From: Chiloscyllium plagiosum
Taxonomy: Eukaryota
Reading direction: 5' to 3'
Length of the DNA stretch: 64,000 bases
Assembly: GCF_004010195.1 (NCBI RefSeq)
Contig: NC_057718.1
Location: 53,261,015-53,325,014 of the forward strand
Shown one piece after another: positions 13,751 to 26,902 of the stretch. A program made the translations under genes and the position numbers. Position 1 is the stretch's first letter. Every line of letters begins with the position of its first letter. The notes below the pieces were generated by a model. The model was not told the origin of the DNA. It searched no databases and was given only the letters and a program-made list of their open reading frames with translations.

Positions 13751-15179
13751 TGGAGGTCTGCACCTTTCTCAGTTGACAATTCTTCTACATTGCATTTCAA
13801 AGTATATGTTGGTTTGGCAATCCAATGTCATCACATTAGATTTTGAAAATACAGAAGATGAGTGGGCATGCAAATCCATCTACTATTTTGAAATAATCCA
13901 TTAACAAGCTACTGAGATTGTTGAAATCCCAATTGTTAGCAACATTTTGCCATCTGCTCCATTTGTCAGGTTTTACACAGGATTAATGTTTGGGATTCAT
14001 TTATGCCAGGTATGAGGAGGTGGAACAATCATGCAACTAAAGTTCTGCCAATGGAACTACAGCTGCACAGAGCAGTCAAGCCTGCTGGTCAAGTTGGCAG
14101 TGCTCATATGGTTATTTGACTTCATTTATTTACTATTTTCTGGGTGCCAGAAGAAATAAGGTGCGATTGAGAAGGTTGGGGGCCTTTAAATTGAGATTGC
14201 AACTGAATTTCTGTACATGACATGACCCCTTTTCCACCTGATTTTCCAGCTCAGATGGCTGATCACGAATTTTGTCACACTAAGTGGTACCTTCCTGTCC
14301 AATTTCTCCTTACTTCCCCATTCTCCAAATCTAGCAATGAAATCTGTGAAATCAAGTCATGGTTTCAAGGATACTGTTTGGGATTGTGAATCCCAGAGAA
14401 GGCCTTGTGGAAAATTGAGAAAGTATACTGTCTGACAGAGTGGTGAAAGCTGATTTTATAGTAACTGTCAAAAGTGAATGGGATATAACATTGAAATATT
14501 TGTGGGGCTACTTTTACAAAGGCAGGGGTGTGGGACTAGCTGAGTCACTCTTGCAGAGAGTTGGCATAGGAACAATGTCTTGAATTCCTCTGTCTATTGT
14601 ATAATATTCTATGATTCTATGGGACAGAGCAAGAAGATAGAACTAACTAAATGGATCAATTCAAGCACAACATGGGTACAATGAACAGAATTGTATTGTG
14701 GAGTTGGTGGCTCTTACCTCCCTGATGGAGAGGGACCAGTGCCACCCCTTTTCAGAGTGATTTGCCATTCCACGACTCAATCAGGCAGTAACAAGACATT
14801 TCCCTGGAATAAAGATATGGAATTGGTCATTAACTGGCCATTTAAAGGCCTTAATTGGTGACAGGACCATAAGGACAATCATGTCTCTTCCTTTCTGGAA
14901 CTTAATTCTAGCAGGGGTGGGAAAGCAATGCGAATCTGATATGCCACTATTCTACATAATTGCAATCCCATTCTGCCTCAGAATTCACCATTAGCAAAAG
15001 ATTACACTAATGTTGCACATGGGCTAATTTTCTGCATCTCTGCGAAAATATAAATCAACCGGATCTTTGATTAAGAATACTAAATTATGGATTGAAGAAT
15101 TCAAACAAAGTTTGGGGAAATTTTGACATTAATAACTGACCAAAGGGCAACAGACTCATTTATTTCTATTTTTTGACTC

Positions 15180-16320
15180 CTTTTTGCTAACTAATTCTCT
15201 ATCCATGTCAGTATGTTACCCACAATCCTGTGTGCTTTTATCTTACATGCTAATCTCTGACATCTCTTGTTAAATGCACTCTGAAAGTCCAAGTAATCCA
15301 CGTACACGGGTCCCCCTTATCAACGCAATTTGTTATATCATCCAAAAAATTTCAATAAATTTGTCAAGCATAATTTGTAAATCTATTCTGACTCTCTCCG
15401 ATCTTGTCACTGCTTTCCAAATGCTCTGCTATTACTGGATTCTAAATTAATTTATAACAGACGGTAGCATTTTTCCAACTTCCAATGTCAAGCTAACTGG
15501 TCTACAATTCCTCATTGTATTTCTGTCTACTTGTTAATTTTCAGGTTACCTTATTTACCCTCTAACCCATAGGAACTGTTCCAGAGTCCATAAAGTTTGA
15601 AAGAAGACCAACAAAACATCCACAATTTCTAGGCCACTTTCTTAGGTATTCTGGGCACTTTAGCTTATATTCATTGGGTTGCAGATAATTGGTCCATATG
15701 GATTTGTTGGTCTTTTGTCCCATCAATTTTACCAACACCAGTTCCCTATAAATACTGATTTCATTCAGTTCCTCTCACTCACTAGACCATGTGTTCCTTA
15801 ACATTTTTGGGGAGATTTTTGTGCCCTTCTTTGTGAAGACAGAACAAGAATACATGTTTAATTGGTCTGCCATCTCTTTGTCCCCCAATAATGATGTTTC
15901 TGATTATATGGGATCTACTTTTGTCTTTGTTCATCTTTTTCCTCTTTAAATATCTATAGAAACTTTATAATTATTTTTTGTGTTTGCTGAAAGCATAATC
16001 TAGTACTGTATTTTTCCTCTCTTAAACAATTCTTTTATCCTCCTTTGCTGAAATCTAAATCCTAATCCTCTGGTCCACTGCTCTTTTGGCCAATTTGACC
16101 ATCACAGTTTCCTCTATTTCGATTCATGACTCTAATTTCACTCCCCATCTTAAATGAAGAATTCTCACATGATATGGTCATTCATCCCTAAGTGGCCGCA
16201 CACAAGTACATTGTCAGTTTTTCCCTTCTCATTACACGATACCCCATCTAGTTTTTTTCCTCTATTTATTGATCCAGAAAATCATTCTGTGCACACACCA
16301 GGAACTCCTCCTCTGTCGCA
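15180..16320 (-). mobile_element. decayed CR1 internal fragment
   Basis: reverse strand shows CR1-like RPVSLT and KAH..VG remnants. Confidence 0.7.
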
Positions 16321-16321
16321 C

Positions 16322-17725
16322 TGTAATTGATAGGAAACAATTGGCCAAATTTCTCATCAAGCCTGATGTATATTTTCATTGACTTGCACTTGGATTGCTG
16401 CTAAAATCCAGTTTCACCTCCCCCCTTCTCTTAAACAGCACTAAATGTCTGGAAATGACTGGGACATTGTAATCAGAGATATATATCTGAAAGGGTTCCA
16501 TTTCTGACAGTTTAAAATTATACCCTGAGCTGGACATGAGAAGGGTAATATATCTTTCAGGTAAAAGATATGAAGACAAAAGAGGTTAATTATTGCCTCA
16601 GAAGTAAATATTTTAAATTAAGAGCTTAGATTAATTCTGTGTCTCTTCAGCAACAAACGGAATGTGCTAAATTAAAATCATCTGATGGAATTCAACGATC
16701 AAGTGTATAAATGTGTAGAAAGGTAAGATTAAGGACTTAAATGTACATCCATGAGAACACTGAACCATAACAATAAAAGAATAGTCAAAAGGTAGTGAAA
16801 TTGAGTCCTGGTTTATTCAATGCAGCTCTCTGCCCCAGCAGTAAGCAGTGTTATAATTGATTGCTGGAAGCTTTGTAGCCAGTGGTTCAAAATTGATGAG
16901 CATTGAAGTAGCCATAATGTCTTACATGTTCTCAAGTCCTGTGGTCTCTCTATATTTCTTGCTCAGCCCTGGCTTCGGATCATAAGGTGAAATCTAAAAG
17001 CCTTTCAATCTTAGTCTTTGTAAATTATATTTAGTAAGAAGCATGTAATCCTATTTCTGGGAGAGACAAAGTGACCTTTTAGTTGGATGACACAGATCAG
17101 GTGATTTACAGCACATTCAGGTCATCTGTTACCTCTGTAGTTCTCACCAACACATTCATCTCCTCCTGAGATTAGTTTTGAGGACTGCAAAATACTGAAA
17201 AATGCAGCAAAATCCAAGGAACACTTTCGAGCCATGTTGGTAAGTTATGAATTTCACAAATTTATAGAATAGAAAAGAATCTTTTTTAAAACAAAAATAC
17301 GTCTTTTTGTTTTAAAAAATATTCTTTTCTATTCTATAATTGAATTCTAAATAATTGAATTCTAAATTTTGTTTTGTCCAGGAAACCTACAGTGAACTAC
17401 CTTAATATGTCAAAATATAGGATGAAAGCTACTTTCAGAGCCCATAACAAAATGTTTATAAAAGGGTTAAAAGAGATTAAAAGCAAATGCAATTCCTCTT
17501 GTTCCTCCCTGTGTGGCAATTGAGAGAGGGACATTTGCAAGGATCTGGTATCACAAGTCACTGAGTTCAAAGGACTGGGTAGTGGCTTAGACTTCCCACA
17601 TGGCAGAATAGTTACTGTGTGAAATGGCAGGCAGCTCCAGCTCACTTCCAGCTCACTGATAAAAGATTCCATTTCTAAACATTTTACATCCTTGTAATGC
17701 ACCAAACACATAAGTGAAGGACTGC
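16322..17725 (-). pseudogene. four pseudo-exons 17725-17401, 17184-17133, 16993-16926, 16553-~16322
   Basis: all junctions phase-compatible (1-2-0-2): ...LYFDILS|PQN*SQEEMNVLVRTTE|ISPYDPKPGLSKKYRETTGLENI|YITLLMSSSGYNFKLSEMEPFQIYISDYNVPVISRHLVLFKRRG; the 107-codon and 22-codon exons are stop-free. Confidence 0.7.
17262..17339. repeat. 78-bp AT-rich spacerless palindrome
   Basis: 39-bp arms with 2 mismatches, centre at 17300/17301. Confidence 0.9.
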
Positions 17726-18899
17726 CTTTAAAGCTTAATTCCCATCCTCTCCCTTGAGGTAGGTGAGAATGTGAATCTTACTGAATGCTAGAACAAGTTC
17801 CGGGGCAAAATGGCTGATTATTCCTCCTCCTCTGCTTGTACATTCATATGCCCCCGCACTAGACAACATCAGAATTGGTTAATTTGGCTGGATGGCTGAT
17901 TTGCAATGCAGAATGATAAGAACAGCAATTCTCACACCAGCTGAGGCCACCCTGCTGGTCCCACTCTCTCAACCTCACTATTGACCTGAAGCATGGTGAC
18001 CCTCAGGTTCAACTCATGACCAGTTGTCTCTCTGTCTCTTGAGAGAATAGCCCTCTGGTACTATGCCAACTTTACCTTCTAGCTTTTAGCAACACAAAGA
18101 TTTTATACAAAAACAAAATGCTGCAGATGCTGTAAATCTGAAATGCAAATGGAAAATTCTGGATATGATCTGTAGGTTTGGACAGAGAAACATTTCAAGC
18201 TTTGTGTGAAGCAGGCATCAGTGAATCTGCAGCCTGTCTTACTTCCTGATTTTTATTTTTCATGAAATCAACAGAACTTAAAGATGGCTGAGATATAAGC
18301 AAACTGCTGATTCAACCACTGTCATCTGCCTGCATAGCCAGACATAATTAACCTCAATATCACAGGCAGTATTGTGAGACAATAGTCAACTGGAAGGCAC
18401 AAAGTTGTAAATCTGCATGGTGCATGGGGATTAAGCGGAATAGACGTCATGATTGTAATGTTTTTTATGCATTCGTGAGATGTGGATATACCTAGTTGAG
18501 CCAGCATTTATTGTCTATCCATCAATGCCCTTGAGAAGGTAGTGGTGAGCTACCTTTTGTACTGCTGAGAACTGTTTGATGTAAGTAGATCTACAATGCC
18601 ATTTGGGAGGGAATTTTAGGAATTTGATCCAACAACACTGAAGGAACAGCAATATAATTCTAAGTCGGGAAGGTGAGTGGCTAGGAGGGGAACTTGCAAG
18701 TGGTGGTGTTCTCATGGCTCTGATGTCGTTGTCTTTCTTAATGGTAGTGGTTTTGAGTTTGGGAGGTCATTGCATCAGGAGCTGAATGTGGATATTGCCC
18801 AGGTATTGCAGTATTTGGGCAAGGAAATCTTCAGTGTATGAGGAGTCACAAACACAATCATTGGCAAACATCTCCACCTGCTGGATATTAACCAACTCC

Positions 18900-19330
18900 C
18901 TCTTTTTCTTGAGAAGATTCGTAGCTCAGGTTGAGGTTCTGGATGTAGGTTTGCTCGTTGAGCTGGAAGGCTCATTTACAGATGTTTCGTCACCATACTA
19001 GATAACATCTTCAGTGAGCCTCCGGATGAAGCATTGCTGATGTTTCCTGCTTTCTTTTTATATGTTTGGGTTTATTTGGTTGGTGATGTCATTTCCTATG
19101 GTGATTTGGAGCCCATTTACACCCACTTAGAAAAAGAACAGGAAATGGCATCACCATAGGAAATGACATCACCATAGGAAATATCACCGATCCAAAGAAA
19201 CCTAAACATATAATAGAAAGCAGGAAACTTCAGCAGTGCTTCATCCGGAGGCTCGCTGAAGATGTTACCTAGTATGGTGACAAAACATCTGTAAATGAGC
19301 CTTCCAGCTCAGTGAACAAACTCACATCCA
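18900..19330. mobile_element. Penelope pLTR pair in inverted orientation, each with a hammerhead-like core
   Basis: 18941-19104 is inverted at ~19165-19330; CTGAAGAtgttacctagtatggtgac(g/a)AAAcatc. Confidence 0.8.
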
Positions 19331-19544
19331 CAATTATCCCTCTCCCCTCTTCCATTACTGCCCTCAAACCCTGCTGTCCCCTTTACCTATACTGACCCTA
19401 CACTCAATCCAAACTGACTAACTCCATGCTAAGTGTCCATGTCATGATTTAAATACTCCTCCCTTCACCAGTGTATCACTCTACCAGACAACATACCCTA
19501 CTCAACTAATCACTCAGTCACACACCCACCTACTCACTGACCGC

Positions 19545-21981
19545 ATCAATGCAAGAGCCCTGGCAGGAAAAGCAGATGATCTTAGGGTATATTTGGGAAC
19601 ATGAGACTGGAATATCATAGTTATTACAGAAACATGGCTCAGGGATTGGCAGGACTGGCAGCTGAATGTTCTGGGATATAGATACTATAGCAAGGACAGA
19701 AAAAATGGCAAGAGGAGAAGGGCAGTGGTGATTTTGTTCAGGAAAAACATTATTCCTGCGAGATCATCCAATGAAGTTATACAGGTGGAACTGACAAATA
19801 AGAAAGGGATGATCCCTTTGTTGTGATTGTATTATAGGCCCCCCAGTAATCAGCAGGAAATTGAGAAGAAACATGCAAGGAGATCTCAGTTATCTGTAAG
19901 AATAATAGGATTAAAATGGTAGGGGATTTTAACATTCCCAACATAGACTAGGACTATCATAGGATTTGGATGGGGAGGAATTTGTTATGTGTGGGCAAGA
20001 AAACATTCTTGTTCAATATGTGAACATATGTACTACAGAAGGAGTAATACTTGACCTTCTCTTGAGAAATAAGGCAGGACAAGTGACTGAGGTGTCAGTT
20101 GGAGAGCACTTTTGGGCAAGTGATCATAATTCTATTAGTTTTGAAATATTTAAGGAAAAGGATAGAACCAATCAAAACATTAAAGTCTAAATTGGAGTAA
20201 AGCCAATTTTGATGGGGTTAGACAGGAACTTTCAAAAGTTGATTGAGGGATGTTATTTGCAGGTAAAGGGTTGAGAAGTTGCAGGCCTTTAACATGAGAA
20301 TAAGTGAGTTCAGAGACAGTACATTTTAGTTAGTGAGAAGGGCAAGGGTGGTAGGTGTAGAGAATGCGGATGAAAAGAGAAACTGAGGCTGTGTCAAGAA
20401 AAAGCAGAAGGCATCCATCAGGTATAGACAGCTGGGATTGAGTGAATCCCACAAAAAGGGGACATGGGATTGTGTTGGCAAATAGAGTTAAGGAGAATCC
20501 CAGAGGTTCTGTAAGTACATTAAGGGTAAAAGATTAATTAGGGAGAGAATAGGGGCCCTTAATGATGAATGTGGCCATCTATGTGTGGAACCACAGGAGA
20601 TGGGTGAAATACTTAACAAATATTTTCAGTCAATATTTACTGTGGAGAAAGACACGGAAGCTAGGGTACTTGGGAAAGTAAACAGGAGTGTACTTGAAAG
20701 GGTTCACACTACAGAAGAGTGCTGGAGATCTTAAAACATATACAGCTAGATAAAACCCCAGGAGCTGATCAAATGTTTTCCAGAACTCTGTGGGAAGCTA
20801 GGGAAGAGATTGCTGGGACCCATGCTTAGATTTTTGTATCAACAGCCATGGGTGAGGTGTTGGAAGACCAGGTGTCAACTAATGCCATTTTTTTAAGAAA
20901 GGCTGTTAGGAAAAGCCATGGAACTACAGGCTGATGAACCTTACCAACGTGATGGATAAGTTGTCGGAGGGGATTCTGAGGGACAGGATTTACATTCAGT
21001 TGGAAAGGCAAGTACTGATTAGGGGTAGTCAACATAGCTTTGTGCACGGGAGATGGTTTTTCACTAACTTGACTGAAATTTTTGAAGAGGTAACAAAGAA
21101 ATTTGATGAAGGCAAAGCAGTAAATGCTATCCATATGGACTTCAGAAAAACATTCAACAAGGTTCCATATGGTAGACTGGTTAGTAAGGTTATATCAACA
21201 GGGGAGTTAGGCAATTGGATAGGAGGTTGGCTTGAAGGTAGGAGAGGGTGATGGTTGATGATTGCCTTTCAGATTGAGGCCTGTGACCAGCTGTGTGCCA
21301 CAAGGATCAATGCTGGGTTCATTGCTTAATGTCATTTATATAAATTATTTGGATGCAAATAGAAGAGTATGATTAGAAATTTGTAGATGACACTAAAAGA
21401 GATGGAGTAGTGACAGTGAAGAAGATTCTCTCAAAGTAGAATAAGACCTTGATCAGGTGAGCAAATGGGCTGAGGAGTGGCAGATGAAGTTTAATTTAGA
21501 TAAATGTGAGGTGCTGTATTTTGGTAAGGCAAATCAGGGCAGGCCTGATACAGTTACTGGGGAATGCCAGAGACCTAGGGATGCAGGTCCATAACTTCTT
21601 GAAAGTTGAGTCGCAGGTAGACAGGGTGGTGAAGAAGACATTTGCCATGCTTGCCTTCAATGAGCATACTATTGAGTATAGGAGTTGGGATGTCATGTTG
21701 TGGCTATACAGGACATTGATTAGGCCAGTTTTTGAAGACTGCATACAATTCTCATCACCCTTCTCTGGGAATCTTGTTGTTCAACTTGAGACAGTGCAGA
21801 AAAGATTTACAAGGCTTTTACAACATTTAAAAGGCATATGGATAGTTATATGAACAGGAAGGGTTTAAAAGGATATGGGCCAAATGTTGGCAAATGGGTG
21901 TAAGTCCAATTGAGTTGGGTGGACGAGTTGGACCAAAGGGTCTGTTTCATGCTGTATGATTCTATGAGTCTTTGACTCTAT
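19545..21981 (+). mobile_element. CR1 ORF2 (APE endonuclease + RT, decayed, with a 3' deletion)
   Basis: NARALAGKADDL, ITETWL, SDHNSI, DFRKTFNKVP; 3' tail. Confidence 0.9.
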
Positions 21982-22006
21982 AATATGGCAGTTAATGTGT
22001 GCTTAC

Positions 22007-23455
22007 AGGTCGTCTTCTCAAAAAGCTGCACTGATTTACTGCCTTAGGCCTGATTGAATGTTCTGGCTGAGAATGGGCAGTATTGTTGGATTGAAGAAGC
22101 TTCACGGGCAATAGCAATGATGCTGACTTGAAGACCTGGGGTGGCAAGGTGCACAGTGGTTAGCACTGCTGCCTCACAGCACCAGAGACCCGGGTTCAAT
22201 TCCTACCTCGGGCAACTGTCTGTGTGGAGTTTGCACATTCTCCCTGTGTCAGCCTGGGTGTGCTCTGGTTTCCTCCCACAGTCCAAAAATGTGCAGTTCA
22301 GATGAATTGGCCATGCTAAATTGCCCATAGTGTTAGGTGAAGGGGTAAGTGTAGGGGAATGGGTCTGAATGGGTTGCTCTTTGGAGGGTCAGTGTGAACT
22401 TGTTGAGCCCAAGGGCCTGTTTCCACACTGCAAGTAATCTAATTAAAATCTCCAGAGAAAGGATACCAGAGGGTTTCTGTTTTACTCTGCAATCAGTTTC
22501 ATATAGGTAGTTTTATTTGACTGTATAAGGTTTCTGCAGCTCACTCCTTTTTGTACTCTGTTGCCTTTTCTACCACAACCCAGGTGTACATCTCAAGAGG
22601 TGTCTCCTCGCTGTTTACCACATTTCTACATTTGCATGAGTGGAAATTGTTGGGATGAAAGTTGAGAGCTGCAAAAACACTTCTGCATTTACGCGTAGGG
22701 GCACTGAGTTAACAGAAATCCTCAAGACATGCACAAGATATTGTGATCATTTCATGGTTACACAGTGCCTATTTCTAAACTGGAAATCAAGACTATTCCT
22801 CATTGGATTGGTCACGTCATCATAATATTTTAACACGGGCATCTCTGTCCTCAGATGTTGCAATTCTTGTCAACTTTCAACATATTTATCAGTCCAATGC
22901 CAAGTTACATATCTTTAATTAAAGAGTAAGTTGATTCATTCATTTTCATACTCCTAAGAAGGAACTTGGAGGAAGACAGTAATAGCACTAGATAATAGAA
23001 ACCAAGAATTACCATACCATTACTCACGTTGAAGATAGTTTAAGTCATGACTTTGACAGGAAAATAAAACTCTACTGTCATATTAATCAAAATGGAATAT
23101 CTTAATGGTTACTTATTGTGCTCTCTAGTTTTAAGACTACAATTTCTCTGAATATTCTTGAAAGCCTTCACCTAACAGGAGCTCCACTTGTTGCAATGGG
23201 CCAGAATTTGCTATCAGAACAATGGTGACGTGAATGAAACTCATTTGTATGTATGCATTTATGGTCTTAATGGGTTGAACAACTTTATGCAAGGAGCAAA
23301 TGCACATCTAAATGTGAAGATCCAGAAGTTACCATCCACATTGTGGCATTTTGTTTTCAGCTTTGCAAAAATAGCATTTTGCTGTTTGCCTCACCATTGA
23401 CATAACTGAATAGTGGATATGGAATAAGCCCACCTCAGATGGTTAGACCAAATAA
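22007..23455 (-). pseudogene. two pseudo-exons, 23455-23113 and 22912-22007 (the latter contains a V-SINE)
   Basis: first exon 343 nt, phase 1 to 2; junction ...REHNK|YVTWHWTDKYVES*QELQHLRTEMPVLKYY; frame continues across the V-SINE (LWYPFSG/GLQVSIIAIAREASS); donor t|gtaagc. Confidence 0.65.
22138..22447 (+). mobile_element. V-SINE inserted in a pseudo-exon
   Basis: same family as 2727-3033. Confidence 0.9.
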
Positions 23456-23717
23456 CTGAGAATATTTTTAATGAATGAACAATTGTTAATTACTGCTAAT
23501 TAGCCTCTTTGTAATTGACAATTAGCTATTTCAGGGTTAAGAAAATCAAGAGTAGCTTTATTTGTCATTTCTACCATGTACAACTGATACAGTAAAAACG
23601 GTTTAGAATTTTTCCTGGATGTTTAAAGTATCTATTCCCCCTTCTCTACTCTTGCAAGTCTCCAAACCAAATGCTGTTAGATTTTGAATTCTAATTCAGA
23701 ATCTTGTGGTATTATCA

Positions 23718-24022
23718 AATGTGGTTATCACTACAGTCTCACAGCGCCAGGCACCCGGGTTTGATTCCCACCTCAAGCGACTATGTGGAGTTTGCACATT
23801 CTCCCTGCGTCTGTGTGAGTTTCCTCCAGTGCTCCAGTTTCCTCCCACAGTCCAAAGATTGCAGGTTAGGTGAATTGGCTATGCTAAATTGTCCATAGTG
23901 TTAGGTTTATTAGTTAGGAGTAAATATCGGATAGGGTAATGGGTGTGGGTTGCTCTTCGGGGAGGTCAGTGTGGACCTGTTGGGCCAAATGGCCTGTTTC
24001 CATATTGTAGGGAATCTAATCG
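23718..24022 (+). mobile_element. V-SINE
   Basis: V domain and TAATC tail. Confidence 0.85.
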
Positions 24023-24120
24023 AATCCAGATTTGCATTAACTACCACAAAGCCTCTCTAACTGGAGACAGGTGTACATATTGTTAATACAGTCATCATGG
24101 CACTGACTCCACTTTATGAC

Positions 24121-25787
24121 TGGTTTGATAATGTCTTTATTTTGTTGAGTGTCAGGGAAGAAAAAGAGCTAAATTTACTATCTGTGTCATGAGGTAATGC
24201 ATTCATTAAAGTGATATATTTACAGTCCTCTAAAATGTGCAATGAAAAGTCATTAATGTTCTCAGTTGCTTTCCAGATTTCAGCTTATGGCAAATGAATT
24301 CCAACATCAATCTAATTATTATTTAGGTTGTGTAAGATAATGGTTCTCAAGGGGTTAATTTCATTTTAGGTTCGACTCCATCCATTTTGATTATGTTACA
24401 CAGTCTTTGGGTGGAAATGGCAGAATTCTGCACAAGTACTCAAATTGAGCAGATGTATTCTGTATCACTCCTGCGAGTGCTTAGTAATTATGCCTCATAA
24501 GATAATGTAAACTCTAAATATGGTTATCATGCAATACACTGTCTTTTTTTTTCTCACTAAGATATGTGCCTCTGTTATTTACACTCACCAGTGACCTGTT
24601 CTCCATCATTGATAATGAGACAAATCCTACTTCAGAAAGAAAGATTAATGACAGTGAACAACACAAACCAAAATACTACATGTTAGTGCCATGGTACCTG
24701 AAAATATAATCATGGATAATTTCAGCAATTTGTTGTTTCGAATGTGTAAATCACTAATGACTTCAGGAAGTGCCTTCTGCTCAGTAGTCGGGAATGAAAG
24801 TGCAATCTCTCACATTAACATTAGTCTTCCACTCATCAACATGTGTTATTCTATATAATAGAACAGAAATGGTGGTTGTAGTGATTAGTGACAAGTTAAA
24901 CCTCCCTTCCTGACCAATATCTTTCATCATATTTGAATAACTCAGTAATTAACATGGTAAAACTCATGACTGCTTTAGCTAAAAGATTACATTTTTATTG
25001 ATTCGAATATGAGGCCAGCTTTAATTATTCATTAGTAATTGACCAAAGGCAAATGCTTCTAATTTTCAGTTAATTAAGGTGAATAATAAACATTGGTAAA
25101 ATATTGACTTCCTTACTATAGACTTAAGAGTTAACTGTGTGTTTACTCTAAGAATGCTACTGAGCATGTGCATGAGGAGCTGTGAATACCAGATTAAATG
25201 CAACTGAATTCTGAATTTATAAAGTACCAGAGAAAACCTCTTGTACCATCTCGTGTACAAAATCGTACTTAATAAAACTTGTTAATGCAAATCTATTAAT
25301 GTGCGGATCTAATCTTACTACATGGTATATAGTGACCAGACCTACAAAACTTCAGGTAACCAACATGGAGCATCTGAAGTGAAGCTCAGTGGCAGTACTA
25401 TACAGTGGGTGATGGATGAGGGTATTCTAGGAATCTGGCCACAGAAGAGAGGGAATAGTCTGAAAAGCAGCCCAACAGCAACATAGCTTAGTGAATGTGT
25501 TCAAGACTGACCACAGACACAGAGAAACCATGCAAAAAAGAAACCCTAGATATGTTTTAACAAGGGAAAGAAGAGTTTCAGTTGATACAATAACTAGATT
25601 GATTTTGGAATTCATTTACCATAAGCTGAAATCATGAAAGCAACTCAGAACATTAATGAATTTTCATTGCACATTTTAGAGGACTGTAAATATATCACTA
25701 TAATGAATGGATTGCCTCCTGATACAGATAGTAAATTTAGCTTTTTTCTTCCCTGACACTCAACAAAATAAAGACATTATCAAACCA
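24121..25787. repeat. 200-bp inverted duplication (24121-24320 and 25589-25787) bounding an inversion
   Basis: manual alignment shows ~12 substitutions and 1 indel. Confidence 0.9.
24370..25355 (+). pseudogene. three pseudo-exons flipped to the plus strand by an inversion (24370-24506, 24562-~24956, 25070-25355)
   Basis: plus-strand acceptors tttcattttag|, tttctcactaag|, ctaattttcag| and donor cag|gtaacc. Entry phase 0 matches the exon ending at 25811; exit phase 1 matches the exon starting at 23455. Confidence 0.6.
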
Positions 25788-25810
25788 AATGACAATAGGA
25801 AGAGCTTTAC

Positions 25811-26459
25811 CTTTACCAGAACCCTTGGAGCACACAGGTGGCTCTAGCCAGACTATGCATTGGATCAACTCAGCAAATACTGCACTGCTTCAGACCTTCA
25901 TAAAAAAACAAAGAATTTGGGGATCTGGTCATTGTAGCGTTGTATATAATTGACAGCAGTGCCAATGCCATTCTCAATTACCAAGGCATGAAAGTAGAGA
26001 GTGTTAAATTTAACAATGTAATTAACGCCTTCAGTCTGACTGTGCTGATTGTAGACTCTATTAGTTGGGTCAAGGGGAATAATGTCTCCTTGGTGAAAAG
26101 AACAAAGGCTGGAAATCACAGCAGGTCAGACAGCATCCTGCGAGAGAGAGCAAGCTAATGTTTCAAGTCTAGATGACTCTTCCTGGTCTCCTTGGTCTGT
26201 CTCCTTAATGTTTGTTTTGTGGTGAAAAGGTCTATTGCCACAAAACTTTCAAACCTCCGCATAAATCATTTTGAATGCATTTTGTCCTTGTGCCTCACCC
26301 TTCAAAATCAGCAGCTTGTGACTCTCAGCAATGTTTATGCTGAAGACTAGTTCAGTTAACAATGATAAGTTCTGTATAGATCTCTGTAAATTCATCCAAA
26401 TGACTCTCGGTGGTTAACAACCATCGGCCCGAAATTGGACATTCTAAATTGACTCACAG
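25811..26459 (-). pseudogene. pseudo-exon with a 102-bp Penelope-derived insertion
   Basis: acceptor ttttctgtcatgcctaattcttacag|, donor aag|gtaaag. Removing 26095-26196 leaves 547 nt in one frame with 7 stops, including PPRVIWMNLQRSIQNLSLLTELVFSINIAESHKLLILKGEAQGQNAFKMIYAEV*KFCGNRPFHHKTNIKETDQGDIIPLDPTNRVYNQH...ENGIGTAVNYIQRYNDQIPKFFVFL. Confidence 0.65.
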
Positions 26460-26902
26460 CTGTAAGAATTAGGCATGACAGAAAATTGGCCAAATTAAAT
26501 TAAATAGCAGCTATCAGCTATTGGCAATGGAGAACACTGGAAATTGAGGTCAAAGAATGATAAAGTTTAAGGGGACCTAATTACAACCAGAGCGAGGGTT
26601 GTGTATTGGAGAAATGTCAATCAAATGTTCTGCTATTTTAACTGCCTGAGTATGTGCTTTTAGCATCTTCTGATGTGGCAACAGCGAAAGGTGTTGGTGT
26701 GAATCGATTGGATAATTTGAACTTGGCTTGTGACCCCCTCAGTGAAGACTTGGCGGAGACTCAAGGTGAAGTGGAGCTTTGACCAGCTGGAGAGAGAGAG
26801 CACATTCCCCCTGACCTGCAAGAACCACCTTCATGGAAGAGAGCGTGCTCTACATCAGAGACGAAGGAGATTCCAATAACCCAGCCAAGAGAGAAAGTCA
26901 AT

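Noticed and set aside
24121..25787. DNA transposon with 200-bp TIRs and an apparent ATGAC target duplication
   Set aside because: The interior has no transposase and holds exons that are phase-matched to the flanking gene, so an inversion explains it better. Not fully excluded without a copy-number search.
25900..26090. ENGIGTAVNYIQRY...FFVFL as a GREB1/GT-A glycosyltransferase-like motif
   Set aside because: Only a vague resemblance and no following DD motif; it cannot support a family call.
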